A DNA stretch of 62,943 nucleotides, filler included, from Octopus bimaculoides (lineage: Eukaryota), in assembly GCF_001194135.2 (NCBI RefSeq). It is 6 parts of 5 records of this genome, joined end to end, with 100 filler letters (N's around TTAATTAATTAA, not from the genome) between each part and the next. Parts side by side here need not be neighbours in the genome. Positions count along the whole stretch, not along the records: positions 1 to 27,181 come from NC_068981.1; positions 27,282 to 46,814 come from NC_068984.1; 4 more parts are not named here. The stretch is one strand, 5' to 3'. How positions within the stretch are numbered: the first letter of the stretch is position 1; every line of letters starts with the position of its first letter. Shown in pieces: positions 26,441-38,169 of this stretch. Both the position numbers and the translations under genes were made by a program. The notes beneath the pieces were generated by a model that did no database searches, was not told the DNA's origin, and saw only the letters and a list, made by a program, of their open reading frames with translations.

Positions 26441-26497
26441 CCTATTTTTTTCGGATCTGCTATTAACTACCGAGTCTTCACAAAGGAAGAGAGAAAT

Positions 26498-26530
<33 letters not shown>

Positions 26531-26569
26531 AGGAAAATTTCCTACCTATTTGAAGATGAAGGAAATATT

Positions 26570-27180
26570 TACAAATATTTCACCTCGTTTATATGCATAA
26601 CACTTTGAATTTCAGAGGGGTTTGCACATCAACATCTGTAATTTCTTCTGTTAACCGTTTGATCTGGGTCGAAGTTTTTCTAGTATGAGAATAACCGAAT
26701 CAAATCTTCTACTTGATTTTTCGGTTTCTCTAAGAGCCTTTCGATTTGGTGTAGTGATTTTTTTTTTTTTGCATTTACTGATAAATAGAACTTTCTTCAT
26801 CATATAAGACTTACATCTGATATCTTCGTGGACAACATTTCTGACACATGCAGACCTTTTGCAATTGGCCGCATGGACTTTCTGGGATTTTAATCAATGG
26901 TCCATTGAGCCAGTTGGATACATTCAGGTGTTCTAATGATTTCAGAGCGTTTAGAATCCTTTTTATGCTTTGATACTGGTGATACGTTTCCATCTTCAGT
27001 TTCTAGCTTCTTACAAACTTTGTTGACGAAAGATCTGCTGTCTTTTAAAAATCGAGATATTTCTAAATCGCTATGCTCAGCTTTTATAACCACAATGGCA
27101 GCATGCCTCTTCATTTCCTGAGTAAGCTGAGGATCTGTCGTAATTATTTTCTGAAACAAAGATTATACACATCGAAATAT
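26570..27180 (-). mobile_element. IS630-Tc1-mariner (maT/DD37D-like) transposase, 5' part, decayed
   Basis: MKRHAAIVVIKAEHSDLEISRFLK..RSEIIRTPE..ID.NPRKSMRPIAK (HTH region), then LFSY*KNFDPDQTVNRRNYR..ANPSE (first catalytic-D region). Truncated by a scaffold join. Confidence 0.75.
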
Positions 27181-27181
27181 G

Positions 27182-27281
27182 NNNNNNNNNNNNNNNNNNN
27201 NNNNNNNNNNNNNNNNNNNNNNNNNTTAATTAATTAANNNNNNNNNNNNNNNNNNNNNNNNNNNNNNNNNNNNNNNNNNNN
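27182..27281. other. Artificial scaffold join (44 N + TTAATTAATTAA + 44 N); same at 46815-46914, 50750-50849, 56425-56524 and 60863-60962
   Basis: Identical 100-bp layout five times. TTAATTAATTAA gives stops in all six frames. Confidence 0.95.
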
Positions 27282-27313
27282 TAGATCGTACCTCTACAAA
27301 TAATCTCTGTCGG

Positions 27314-27606
27314 TTTTTTTTTTATAGTTTCAGCTCAGAGCTGCGGCCATGCTGATGCACCGCCGTTTTGCTAGACTGTTATTACTGAGAGCCTCCTCCA
27401 ATATGTGGCACTTGGTGAAGAATGGAGTTTGATGTAGCTACCCCCATTTGCACCTCTTGCCGTGAGGTCGGTTCATCTGGGACTCTCGACAGGAAGAGGT
27501 CCAGCTTTGATTAAAAAACCCCTACATCTACATTGTGCAGATTCCTCAGGGTCTTTGGAAGAATATTAAAAAGCTGTGGGCCCTTGAAACCCAAACTGTT
27601 GCAGTA
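27314..27606 (-). mobile_element. Extreme 3' end of a CR1/L2-type LINE with A-tail
   Basis: YCNSLGFKGPQLFNILPKTLRNLHNVDVGVF*SKLDLFLSRVPDEP...ATSNSILHQV, stop at 27382-27384, then ggcggtgcatcagcatggccgcagctctgagctgaaactat(A)n. Confidence 0.8.
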
Positions 27607-28409
27607 ACTGGTTTAAATACAAATACATCTTTTGTGATGGTCGTTTATCTGCATGTACGCATCTAACTCTACAAAACATTGGTCCATTGACTTTGTAAAG
27701 CAAGAAAATATATATATATACATTTCTACGTCAGATTATCCAACTGAAATTGGAAAACACAAAAATAAATGTGTTATATTCTCGTAAATATTTTCATGTA
27801 AAATTTACCCTGATTAATCTTGTAAATCAAAATCTATTACATTTACTTTCTTTGAATTATCATCTGTTTAACTTGTACCGTCGATTCACTGGGCACATAA
27901 TCATTGTAGTATTCTCTTTGCCTATATTTTCATGCCGACAGCAATCTGACAAATATCCAGGGTTATCAACAATGTGTCAATCTCACTAGTTCAGGAGGAC
28001 CTTCAAAGATCACGGATGCAGTTTTATCATAATAAACTAAATTATTAAAATTAAAAAGAAAAGTAGATCATGTTAGTCCTTTATCTGCCACTTATACACT
28101 CACAAATTTAAGAATGTTGTAACTATAATATTCATTTGTATAGAGGATATAAGTCTTGTGGGATAACATTCTAAAAAAACAGTTATATTTTAGTAAAAAA
28201 TCGTTATTTAGCATCAGGTTACCTCTGATCGAGAGGACATATTATAACCAAATGCGATCAAACCGAAAATCACCTACTTTCAGCCTTTTAAATATGTTTG
28301 AGTGGAGGATTTGAAGAAGATTTGACGGCTATTTCATGAGGGTCAAGCAACCACATTGACATTCCCTTGTTCTTAAAACTGAATTATTTCGTGTTATGAA
28401 AGAACTATC

Positions 28410-28760
28410 GTATCTGGTCGGGCGACTTGCCCGAATCAGTATATCTCTTCCACGCCAAACGACCTGATCTTCCTTGTTCTGCCAGCAGTATCCAGCAAAA
28501 CGTATCCTTCTTTCTCTGATTACCGAGGTAATAGTTGGAAAAATACCATACAGTCGCTGCTTTGTAGAGTGTTACTGCATAGAAATATTAGGCTTTTTTG
28601 AAATCTCTTGTTCAGTGTTCATGCGGTAGAGCCTGTAGCAAGACCTAGTATTCGAATCTCTTTCGCTAAATTATCAGAGTACTACCACAAATGAAGCATG
28701 CAATTATCCGCGCTACAAGTTCTATTTATCGACCAATCGATCGCAGATCACGCCACAAAG
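28410..28760 (-). mobile_element. Old RTE-type LINE RT C-terminal fragment
   Basis: KQRLYGIFPTITSVIRERRIRFAGYCWQNK..VVWR..RP (28410-28562). A degenerate GS.A*TL.K motif lies upstream. Confidence 0.65.
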
Positions 28761-29689
28761 TCAGAACCTCATCTAAATGTCCTTTGAGATTCGCGCTTTT
28801 CTCTAGCTATAAGCAGTTTGGCATTAAAAATCTTAGCAGAAGTTGAGAGCAACAAGGGAGCTTACATTTCACCTTTCTCCTCGAGCAAACCAGACCTGGG
28901 TAGAGCTTCAGTAAGATTCAATGGACGCTTGCTACAAGGTAATTAATGGTGGAGGGAACACAGTTAAAGGTACGTTGTTTCACTCCCTGCCACAAGCAAA
29001 TCAGAAATGCGAGTTTTGTTTTTGTTTACAACACACGCAGTCAACCTAATTCATCAAAGACCACGGCGACAATGGAGACCAATCCATCTCTGTGACAAGC
29101 CATAAAAAGCCATGAGAGAACTATCCTTACATGAGTAACTATGTTTTTTTAATGTTTTTTATGTTTTTTTATGCCTAACACAAATGGGTTATTTCATTAA
29201 AATACCTTTCTTTCACGACTGACGACGAAATATCTACGTTGTCCTTTAACCTGTGAGAAATAGCAACCAAATCGGTTTCAAAGCACACTCTCACTGTCTA
29301 TAATATGCATAGAGCAGTACACAGCAGAAGACGTGGTCCTGGCTCCACTTTGCCTCAAAAGAAATTAGCATAGATCATATCCTGCTAAAGCCAAATTCTC
29401 CTTTCTCCCCTCTCAGGAACGGATCAACAAAATAAGTAACATTATAGAGAACGGTTGAGTCAATAAACATCGTATACCTTAAGATTTGTGATGCTGTACC
29501 AATGCTAAAAATCAGTAGCTGAAACTCATAAAACATTCGATATTACGCCGCGTGAAATTTTTCCCACATCAAAATGGCTTGTTCAAGAAAAAAAATTGAT
29601 TCTTAGGTTGCTAAAGTAATCGCAGTTGGGTGAAAACTGGTCTGTCGTTACCTTCCCTGTCGGAATAAGTGCACAAGTTGCTCAATGTC

Positions 29690-30096
29690 TTTTATCTTTT
29701 ACTAGTTTCAGTATTTAGACTGCGGCCATGCTGGGACACATCCTTGAAGGGTTTAGTAGGACAAATCGACTCCAGTACAAATTTTTTAATCCGGTACTTT
29801 TTGTTAAACCGCTAAGTTACGGAAGTGTAAACAAACCAGCACCGGTTGTCAAGTTGTGGTGAGGAACAAACACAGACACACAAACACACACACATACACA
29901 CACACACACTCACACACACACACACACACACACATCTAGATATATGCACATGTATACATGTACGACGAGTATCTTTCGGTTTCCTTCTACCAAACTCACT
30001 CACAAGGTATTGATCAACCTGGAGCTGCAGTAGAGGCAGTAAACCCAAGGCCACATGTTTGGGAAGCAAGCTTCCTATCACACAGTTACGCCTGCT
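29690..30096 (-). mobile_element. SINE family B, near full length with internal (TG)n tract
   Basis: tRNA-like head remnant near 30096, body gtgagtttggtagaaggaaaccgaaag, (TG)n, then the 3' half shared with 125-320. May correspond to the published octopus OR-type SINEs (not verified). Confidence 0.85.
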
Positions 30097-30263
30097 TATG
30101 ATGTAAATCCCATATTTTAAGCAATTTGGGCTCTCCTTCGGAGACAGAATCACAAAACGGAAACTAAAGATTGTTCAGTTTTTATCTATTTGTTTCCGTA
30201 AAAAATTTTCATTTCTTTAATTTTTTTTTCCAACTCACAGTAACACTCACGGTCGCGGTCGCG

Positions 30264-30326
<63 letters not shown>

Positions 30327-30774
30327 GTGGTAAATAGGAGAATTTCACAACAGATAATTCACCCAATTTCAGAGTTTGATGGGAGCGGAATCACGTGAGC
30401 TCGGTATTCTCTGAGTTCATTGACCGCAACAATTATCTCAGTCAAATATTTCATTAGGTGGTTTTTGTCATTTAAATGAGAGCAATTTTCACTGGTACCC
30501 TTTTTCGTTAAATGGGTTTCTCTTTATTAACAGAATGTTTGTTCAAATGGACGTATGACGTTAATGTTTGATACTTACATCATAGGGAGTAAAAATGCTT
30601 TTTGCAAAATTAGGTTGATTTCCTTTAGTCATGCTGACTCATAGCATACAACTATGGAGAGCTCTATCAACTAAAATCGTTGGTACTGAAAAAGCTAAAA
30701 TCTAATTTTCAATTCAAAGTTTACTTTTTTTATGTCCCATTTAAATATTTTCGTCCAATAACTGAAAATATTGA

Positions 30775-30991
30775 TTTCAAATTTTGGGGATTCGGCCAGC
30801 AATTTGGAGGATGGTGGTGTAGTAAGTCGATTACATCGACCCCTGTGCTCAATTGGTACCATTCTATCAAACCCGAAAAGATGAAAGGCAAAGTCAACCT
30901 TGGTGGAATTTGAACTCAGAAAGTAAAGACGGACAAAATATCGCTAAGCATTTTGTCCAGCGTGCTAAGGATTCTACCAGCTCGCCACTTT
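30775..30991 (-). mobile_element. SINE family A
   Basis: Reverse complement of the 22015 consensus. Confidence 0.85.
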
Positions 30992-31429
30992 AAAGAAACT
31001 GAACAATATCATAAAAGGAAGTTTTTTTTCACTTTTGAATTGATCGACCAATTTGAGCATATTTGATGCCATTTACTTTCGAATAAAGAGCGGACGATCG
31101 TATTTCTAAGACGTTTACAGACTGTAGCAGGGATTCAACCTCTAAATGCTAGATACCCGGTTAGACACCACAAGTGTGCCACAGTGGTGTGATATGGCTT
31201 GCTCAGATGTTCTACAATTAACCATCTTGTCACTCCATATAAACTTATTGGCGCCTAATTCACCTGGCAGAATGTCGAAAGCGGCCAGCTGATTCACACG
31301 CCTCGCCCCTTGACTCCGGCACTCAAACAGACGGCTTCAGACTTTTGAGGAGACAGGCCGATTCTGAACATTCACACAATGTCCTACAGGTATTTCCTAC
31401 GGACACGGCGCGGCTTTTCTCTCCTCCCA

Positions 31430-31553
31430 ATTGACTTTGCCTTTCATCCTTTCAGATTCGATAAAATAAGTACTAGTTGATCACTGGGTCAATATAATTG
31501 ACTTACCCCACTCCTCGGAATCGCTGGCCTTGTGTCAAAATTTGAAACCAATA
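31430..31553 (+). mobile_element. SINE family A, 3' half
   Basis: gactttgcctttcatcctttc...gataaaataagtact...ggccttgtg. Confidence 0.8.
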
Positions 31554-31783
31554 TTTTTCGTAGTGAATAAATATTACAGCTAATTATCGTGAGTTTGTTT
31601 CAGTTACTCTACACGCAGCTTTATTCCAACAACAAAAGAAAGGGCCAGCAACGATACGATCTCCACGACAGAAGCAGTACACCACGCTATATTGGATCAT
31701 ATTGGGGCCACCAATATGTCGAAGCGTGCTAGGTGTCGCGGAGATTATGAAATAAAAATTATTAATTTATTAAAATATGAAAG

Positions 31784-31992
31784 TAGAAGGATGTTCTGAA
31801 AAAGTCCTGGCTTTTGGGTATAAGAAAATACAGGAGGATCAGTTACTTATGATTTTATTCAACATATTACCTTCTCAGATTCACACACTTAGTGCAACCG
31901 TCCTTCAGTTTTTCTAACCCTGAGAAAGAACTCGGAAGGGCCTCCAATCAGGCTTTCGCGATAAGTCAGGAACTTTTCGGTACCCTCTCGTA
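31784..31992 (-). mobile_element. Mariner-derived MITE, degenerate copy of 42666-42886
   Basis: Colinear with the 42666 copy; imperfect TIRs. Confidence 0.75.
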
Positions 31993-32694
31993 GGCGCAGT
32001 TTGATGAGGATATGAGCTTGCTCTATAGCACATTGTTTGAAGTTTATGAAATGGAAATTTTCAGAGCCAGAAGCCTTATGCAGTTTACAAATAACTGGAG
32101 GGGCTTTCGTACATGGTGTGAATGTGTACGAGCCTGATGAAGAGAAAAGGAGTTGACTTGGAAAAGATTTATGTAGTATGTGCCGTGTGGAGTTGGATTC
32201 AAAATGGACGGCAAATGCAAAACTTTTTCTACGGACGTGTAGCTTAAGACCCCACCATGGTTGAAAAGTGAAAGAGCTAGGAGGATTCCGTAAAACTTGT
32301 TGAGATCCTTCTGGCAAGGAACCAGTGATTTAGACAGAGTGTGTGCCGCCCGGTGCAGTCCTTCAATTTACCGCCGCTCCCGAGCCCAGGCTTACACAAG
32401 CTAATACAGTAGATCCAAAATCGCAGCCCCCGTAAAAGCATTGCTCGGGATGAATTGCCCCCTTCTAATCCCTTAGCTATGATACTGCAAAGCACCAGAA
32501 ATCGGCTGTAGTTTGGGCGTCGGAGAAGCTTCATAGTTGTGTGATGTAGTGATGCATTTTTCCGTCTTATGGGAACCTGGCCTGAATACCTTCAGGCTTA
32601 CGAGTAAGTGCACACTTATACATATACTTAGATGCATATTTACCCACATTCATGCATTCAATATATACGGGCAATATGCACTTTCAATATATAA

Positions 32695-32980
32695 GGCGGC
32701 GAGCTGGCAGAAACGCTAGCACATCGGGCGAAATGCTTAGCGGTATTTCGTCTGTCTTTACGTTCTGAGTTCAAATTCAGCCGAGGTCGACTTTGCCTTT
32801 CGGAATCGGTAAATTAAGTACCAGTTACGCACTGGGGTAATAAAGATATAAGAGACGTTAGCACGCCGGGCGAGATGCTTAGCGGTATTTTGTCTGTCCT
32901 TACGTTCTGAATTCAAATTCCGCCGAGGTCGACTTTGCCTTTCATCCTTTCAGGATCGATAAATTAAGTACCAATTGCGT
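32695..32980 (+). mobile_element. Two tandem SINE family A copies, the second cut by a gap
   Basis: Heads at about 32695 and 32855, each with a B box (GTTCAAATTC / ATTCAAATTCC) and the central gtcgactttgccttt motif. Confidence 0.9.
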
Positions 32981-35169
32981 NNNNNNNNNNNNNNNNNNNN
33001 NNNNNNNNNNNNNNNNNNNNNNNNNNNNNNNNNNNNNNNNNNNNNNNNNNNNNNNNNNNNNNNNNNNNNNNNNNNNNNNNNNNNNNNNNNNNNNNNNNNN
33101 NNNNNNNNNNNNNNNNNCATGCGTGCGGTACAAGTACGAGAATACCCAATGTTACACACATTAAAGCAGTTGTTCCAAATCTGACAAATACCAACCCACA
33201 AGCCCACATTCAAAGAATATTTGTAAAATTGTTTTTTTCTGTTTCAAATTTTTTTTTTTTTTTTGCACTCTTTGTTTAACCGTGTGACGAGATAGAAATA
33301 AAACTTTACATCCATATAATTCATCTTTATCTTCGACACGGTATTAGACAAGTTTAAGTTATTTTTTAAACTATCTCATTTTATTAAACATGACAGTGTA
33401 TCTCTTTTTCAGTCTTCCCAGCCCCTCTTCTCATCCCTTCCCGCAAATGAAAACGTTGTATGTACTAAAACGTAAATACACATAGACTTAAACAGATTCC
33501 CATATTTGGAGATACACATACATGCAACTTCATCCGTTAAAATATATGCATACATTTTCTACTGAAATACTTCTCCTAATCCAGTGAAGTTCTTTTTCTC
33601 ATGACCTGGACCCCGTCATTTCATGTCGTCTGCTTTGTGATTTTCAGTGAAAGTGAGAGTATTTTTCTCATTTCCCAAATGTCAGAGATTATAAGGAAAA
33701 ATTATTCTAAAGTGTAACCTCATATTTCTTTTTCTTAGACAAATAGTATAATGTGTTTATTAACAGCCTGCTTTGCTATTCTTATGGTGCATAGGATGTT
33801 ATTATTTCAGAGAAACGTTAGTACATTCAACAAAAAAAAATTGACATAATTGTACGTTTTTAGGTAATAATTTCAACTGTAAACAAATGGTGTTAACTAA
33901 AATAAAGAGGTCATTTTTTTCATTCTTCTTTCATTGTTTCAGTCGGAAAAGCGACACAAAAAGAAGAGACAATAGAAGAACAAAATGTGCTATATATATT
34001 AGTATAATTTTAGTGGGAGGTGGGTACTTTAAGAGTGTTGGGTAAGAAACTAACAAGTAGAATTTCTGGTTGGATTTGGATTCCAGTTGGAAATGTATCA
34101 CATCAATTATATTACTTAAAGTCTTATAAACGGGCATGAATGTCAACGCTTCCCATTGATGTTTCCTTAACAGACACAGGAAAGAGAAGATGACCGAAAG
34201 GACGGTGGCTGATTATTTGAGTGGCAGCAATACCAATTTAAATAAATAAACATCTCAAGTGAATTACACATGAGCTATAGCAATTGTTCAATAGCCCCTG
34301 TCTTTAAATTGTCGTCTAGTCTTTTTGAGTGTGGTTTTGGTAACATTATACATACATACATACATACATACATACATACATACATACATACATACATACA
34401 TACATACATACATACGGGTTCAGCAACTATGTTTTCATGAACTCAGGAACGAATTCAGTCATCTGTTTGATGAACAAACTGCACAGATTATTTGTTTATA
34501 CTGACCAAATGTTTGTGCTGTATTTTAGCTCAGCCCCTCCTTCAAATCGACACTGCCCGCAAAAGGGTTCACGGTGTGCCACACGCCAGCTGTCGAAGTG
34601 ATCACAGACCAAATTGTAAATATTAGACTTGGCCTACCTTACTGATCGCTACACAGAATAGTACGGCGTTATTTTCAACAGATCATTACAGGCAAAGAAA
34701 CAGGATTTTCATGGCAGGAGTTTTCCTTCTCTTTTATAGAGGTTGATGGCTCACGATGGTCCGTGAAGGACCCAAGGAGACACAGACACACACACACACA
34801 CACACACACATGCATCTGCATGTGTATGTGCTGTGTGTGTGTTGTGTGTAAGTGTGTAAATATATACATACAAGTATATATATATATATATNNNNNNNNN
34901 NNNNNNNNNNNNNNNNNNNNNNNNNNNNNNNNNNNNNNNNNNNNNNNNNNNNNNNNNNNNNNNNNNNNNNNNNNNNNNNNNNNNNNNNNNNNNNNNNNNN
35001 NNNNNNNNNNNNNNNNNNNNNNNNNNNNNNNNNNNNNNNNNNNNNNNNNNNNNNNNNNNNNNNNNNNNNNNNNNNNNNNNNNNNNNNNNNNNNNNNNNNN
35101 NNNNNNNNNNNNNNNNNNNNNNNNNNNNNNNNNNNNNNNNNNNNNATATATATATATATATATATACAT

Positions 35170-35478
35170 ATGGGTGCCGTTTGCAAAAACTTTAAGTCTA
35201 GAATTCGTAATCACAATATAACAAATAGGTTCAAAGCCAAGGTTTCTCACACATTTTTATCTGAAATAATTTGGAAATTAAAGAAGAATTTGGTTGACAA
35301 CAATATCAAATGGTCGATCGCTCAACCTGCGAAATCCTATGGTGGTTATACTAATGAGTGTGCGTCATGTGTTGCAGAGATTGTGATCATTAAGTTCAAC
35401 ATTATTAATAGGTTTGATGAACTTATGGGAAGATGTGAACATAGATTATGCAATACTTTCCCCTGTTACAAACCCTAA
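35170..35478 (+). mobile_element. PLE-type GIY-YIG endonuclease C-terminal fragment (third family)
   Basis: FKSRIRNH..SHTFLSEIIWKLKK..IKWSI..YGGYTNECASCVAE..NRFDELMGRCEHR resembles the FK.R..NH/S..IW.LK/C.LC..EK/RSEL..KCRH pattern. Confidence 0.65.
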
Positions 35479-36159
35479 TTCCCATTTAACATGTATGTAT
35501 GTATATATGTATGTATGTATCTATCTATCTATCTATCTATCTATCTAATAATACTAATAATATGTGAGCATATGCTTATATACATACATATATGTACAAA
35601 GCTACATCTACTTGTATATATAGATGCATATCCGGGTACAGGACGTCAAAAAAAACGTGGACAAAAAAAGAACGGGAACATAAACAAAGCACAAAAAACG
35701 GACTTTTTTTACGGACAACAGAATGAACACATAGGAAAACAGACAAGCCACGTATGGAACTTTTCCTTCATCAGCTGCCTCTATTCTAAACTAGGCGTTT
35801 CGATGATGAGGCAGAACGCGCTCTTAGAATAGCTCTTCCCGCAAAGAGGATTAAACCTGCTATGAGAAGGATTCCAAAGTGGCAAACAAAAACCAAGACA
35901 GGGAAAACTAAACAATGAAAACAACGTTTGAGGGTCGTTAAGCCGAACGAGATGAGATACTGGACGCTATCTTTCTATTTATCTATCTATGCGACATCAC
36001 TGCAATGGGGCAAAAAGGACGACAGACGTTACGAGGCTTAATAAAGTGCTGAAATTTGGGTGTTTGGTTGCATAAGAAGTAAAGATATAATGTAATACTT
36101 GGCTTTCGACAAGTGTAGCGATTGAATATAGGATCAGTCGAAGTCTAGCGTGAGTGATT

Positions 36160-36355
36160 GTTACTAAGCCCCAGGTCTATCCAAATCGAGTAGACCTATG
36201 GTCAAACGCATTCCATCCGTGGCCATCCAGCGTCTTGATTTCAGACACTGAATCTCGGACAATATTAACCAATATATCGTTTCTTTTTTAAGAGGGTTCG
36301 GTTGGATTTTAGAGAGATTTGGCTGCTAATTCAAGACAATCAAATAGCTAGATAG
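36160..36355 (+). repeat. Representative copy of an old ~200-bp dispersed repeat (family D)
   Basis: Core gagatttggctgcta.ttc.ag. Related copies near 28215-28370, 29240-29330, 38020-38110, 44340-44530, 50060-50255, 56570-56950 and 59400-59600. Confidence 0.65.
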
Positions 36356-37296
36356 AGGGTTACGGAAAAAAGTGAAAAATGAAGAAATTGGGGAGGTGAA
36401 TAGGGGGAGGGGGCAAAAAATTAAAAATTCCGATTTTTTGCAGTTTTCCGGAATCTCCGTATCCGAAAACGTGGATTTTTGGCAAAAAAAATTTTTTTTT
36501 TAATAATTTGCGAGAAAATGGTAGTGGGGGCGGGAGAGAGTCTTTCCGAGGATATTTTGCCAACATATTACATCTANNNNNNNNNNNNNNNNNNNNNNNN
36601 NNNNNNNNNNNNNNNNNNNNNNNNNNNNNNNNNNNNNNNNNNNNNNNNNNNNNNNNNNNNNNNNNNNNNNNNNNNNNNNNNNNNNNNNNNNNNNNNNNNN
36701 NNNNNNNNNNNNNNNNNNNNNNNNNNNNNNNNNNNNNNNNNNNNNNNNNNNNNNNNNNNNNNNNNNNNNNNNNNNNNNNNNNNNNNNNNNNNNNNNNNNN
36801 NNNNNNNNNNNNNNNNNNNNNNNNNNNNNNNNNNNNNNNNNNNNNNNNNNNNNNNNNNNNNNNNNNNNNNNNNNNNNNNNNNNNNNNNNNNNNNNNNNNN
36901 NNNNNNNNNNNNNNNNNNNNNNNNNNNNNNNNNNNNNNNNNNNNNNNNNNNNNNNNNNNNNNNNNNNNNNNNNNNNNNNNNNNNNNNNNNNNNNNNNNNN
37001 NNNNNNNNNNNNNNNNNNNNNNNNNNNNNNNNNNNNNNNNNNNNNNNNNNNNNNNNNNNNNNNNNNNNNNNNNNNNNNNNNNNNNNNNNNNNNNNNNNNN
37101 NNNNNNNNNNNNNNNNNNNNNNNNNNNNNNNNNNNNNNNNNNNNNNNNNNNNNNNNNNNNNNNNNNNNNNNNNNNNNNNNNNNNNNNNNNNNNNNNNNNN
37201 NNNNNNNNNNNNNNNNNNNNNNNNNNNNNNNNNNNNNNNNNNNNNNNNNNNNNNNNNNNNNNNNNNNNNNNNNNNNNNNNNNNNNNNNNNNNNNNN

Positions 37297-37363
<67 letters not shown>

Positions 37364-38169
37364 TAAACCGTGATAGAAAATTCAACAAAAAAAGTATTTC
37401 ATCTGGCGAGAGATAAATATTATTATTTGAAGCGCTACTAATAGTTTCATAAGAAACCATCATAACTAAACTTCTTTTAAATCCTACTAGAACACATATA
37501 CCTCACCGAACCAACTGTCACCCTTTCTCAGTTTTATTTATTAGTTTTTGGGGTTTTTTTTCTTTTAAACGACTTATAAAAGTTTTATTTATGTTATACT
37601 TTTGCTGAATCAGGTGAATCAGCACATTTCATTTTATCAGATAAGTTGATAGCTTTGTTTATCAGGTGAGAAATCTATTCAAATGTTTCTATTTACATAA
37701 CTATTGTTTTTCTGTTTTTAACTTTTCATGTTTTTCCCATTCACAACCAGATTCTGTCGTCTTGTGTAATAAGCCGTCTTCTTGACATAAAATATTTCAT
37801 TCTGGCACAATATGAAAAATAAATGAGTCATCGTTGAAACCTTCTTTGCAGCTATTGTTGTTTAGTTTACAGTTTATCCTTGATCAAGCAGATACATAAT
37901 CCAACCGTGACCACAACATCTGTATTATATATAGGATTACAATATCCACATGAGGTTGCATATAAATATTTGATAAGCTAGATACGAATAGTATTCTTTA
38001 ACATGACATTATGTATTATTGAGAGCCTCTACGTGGTCACTAGATCTGCTCGAAGTAGCAGCCAAACAACCCCCAGATCACATTCTACCGTCTTCGAAAA
38101 GACAGGAGACTTTAGATTATACTAGCAGAGATACCCGGCGTTGCTCGGGATTAAAATGGCATAGTTATT

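Noticed and set aside
27226-27237. TTAATTAATTAA islands inside N runs (five occurrences)
   Set aside because: Identical 44N-12bp-44N layout with stops in six frames. This is an assembly linker, not a biological repeat.
36360-36576. G/A-run-rich sequence before a gap
   Set aside because: It could be a transposon end or a low-quality contig edge; no partner TIR is visible.
38122-38152. tactagcagagatacccggcgttgctcggg, resembling a Helitron-type terminus
   Set aside because: Only about 30 bp and cut off by the SINE; too short to call.
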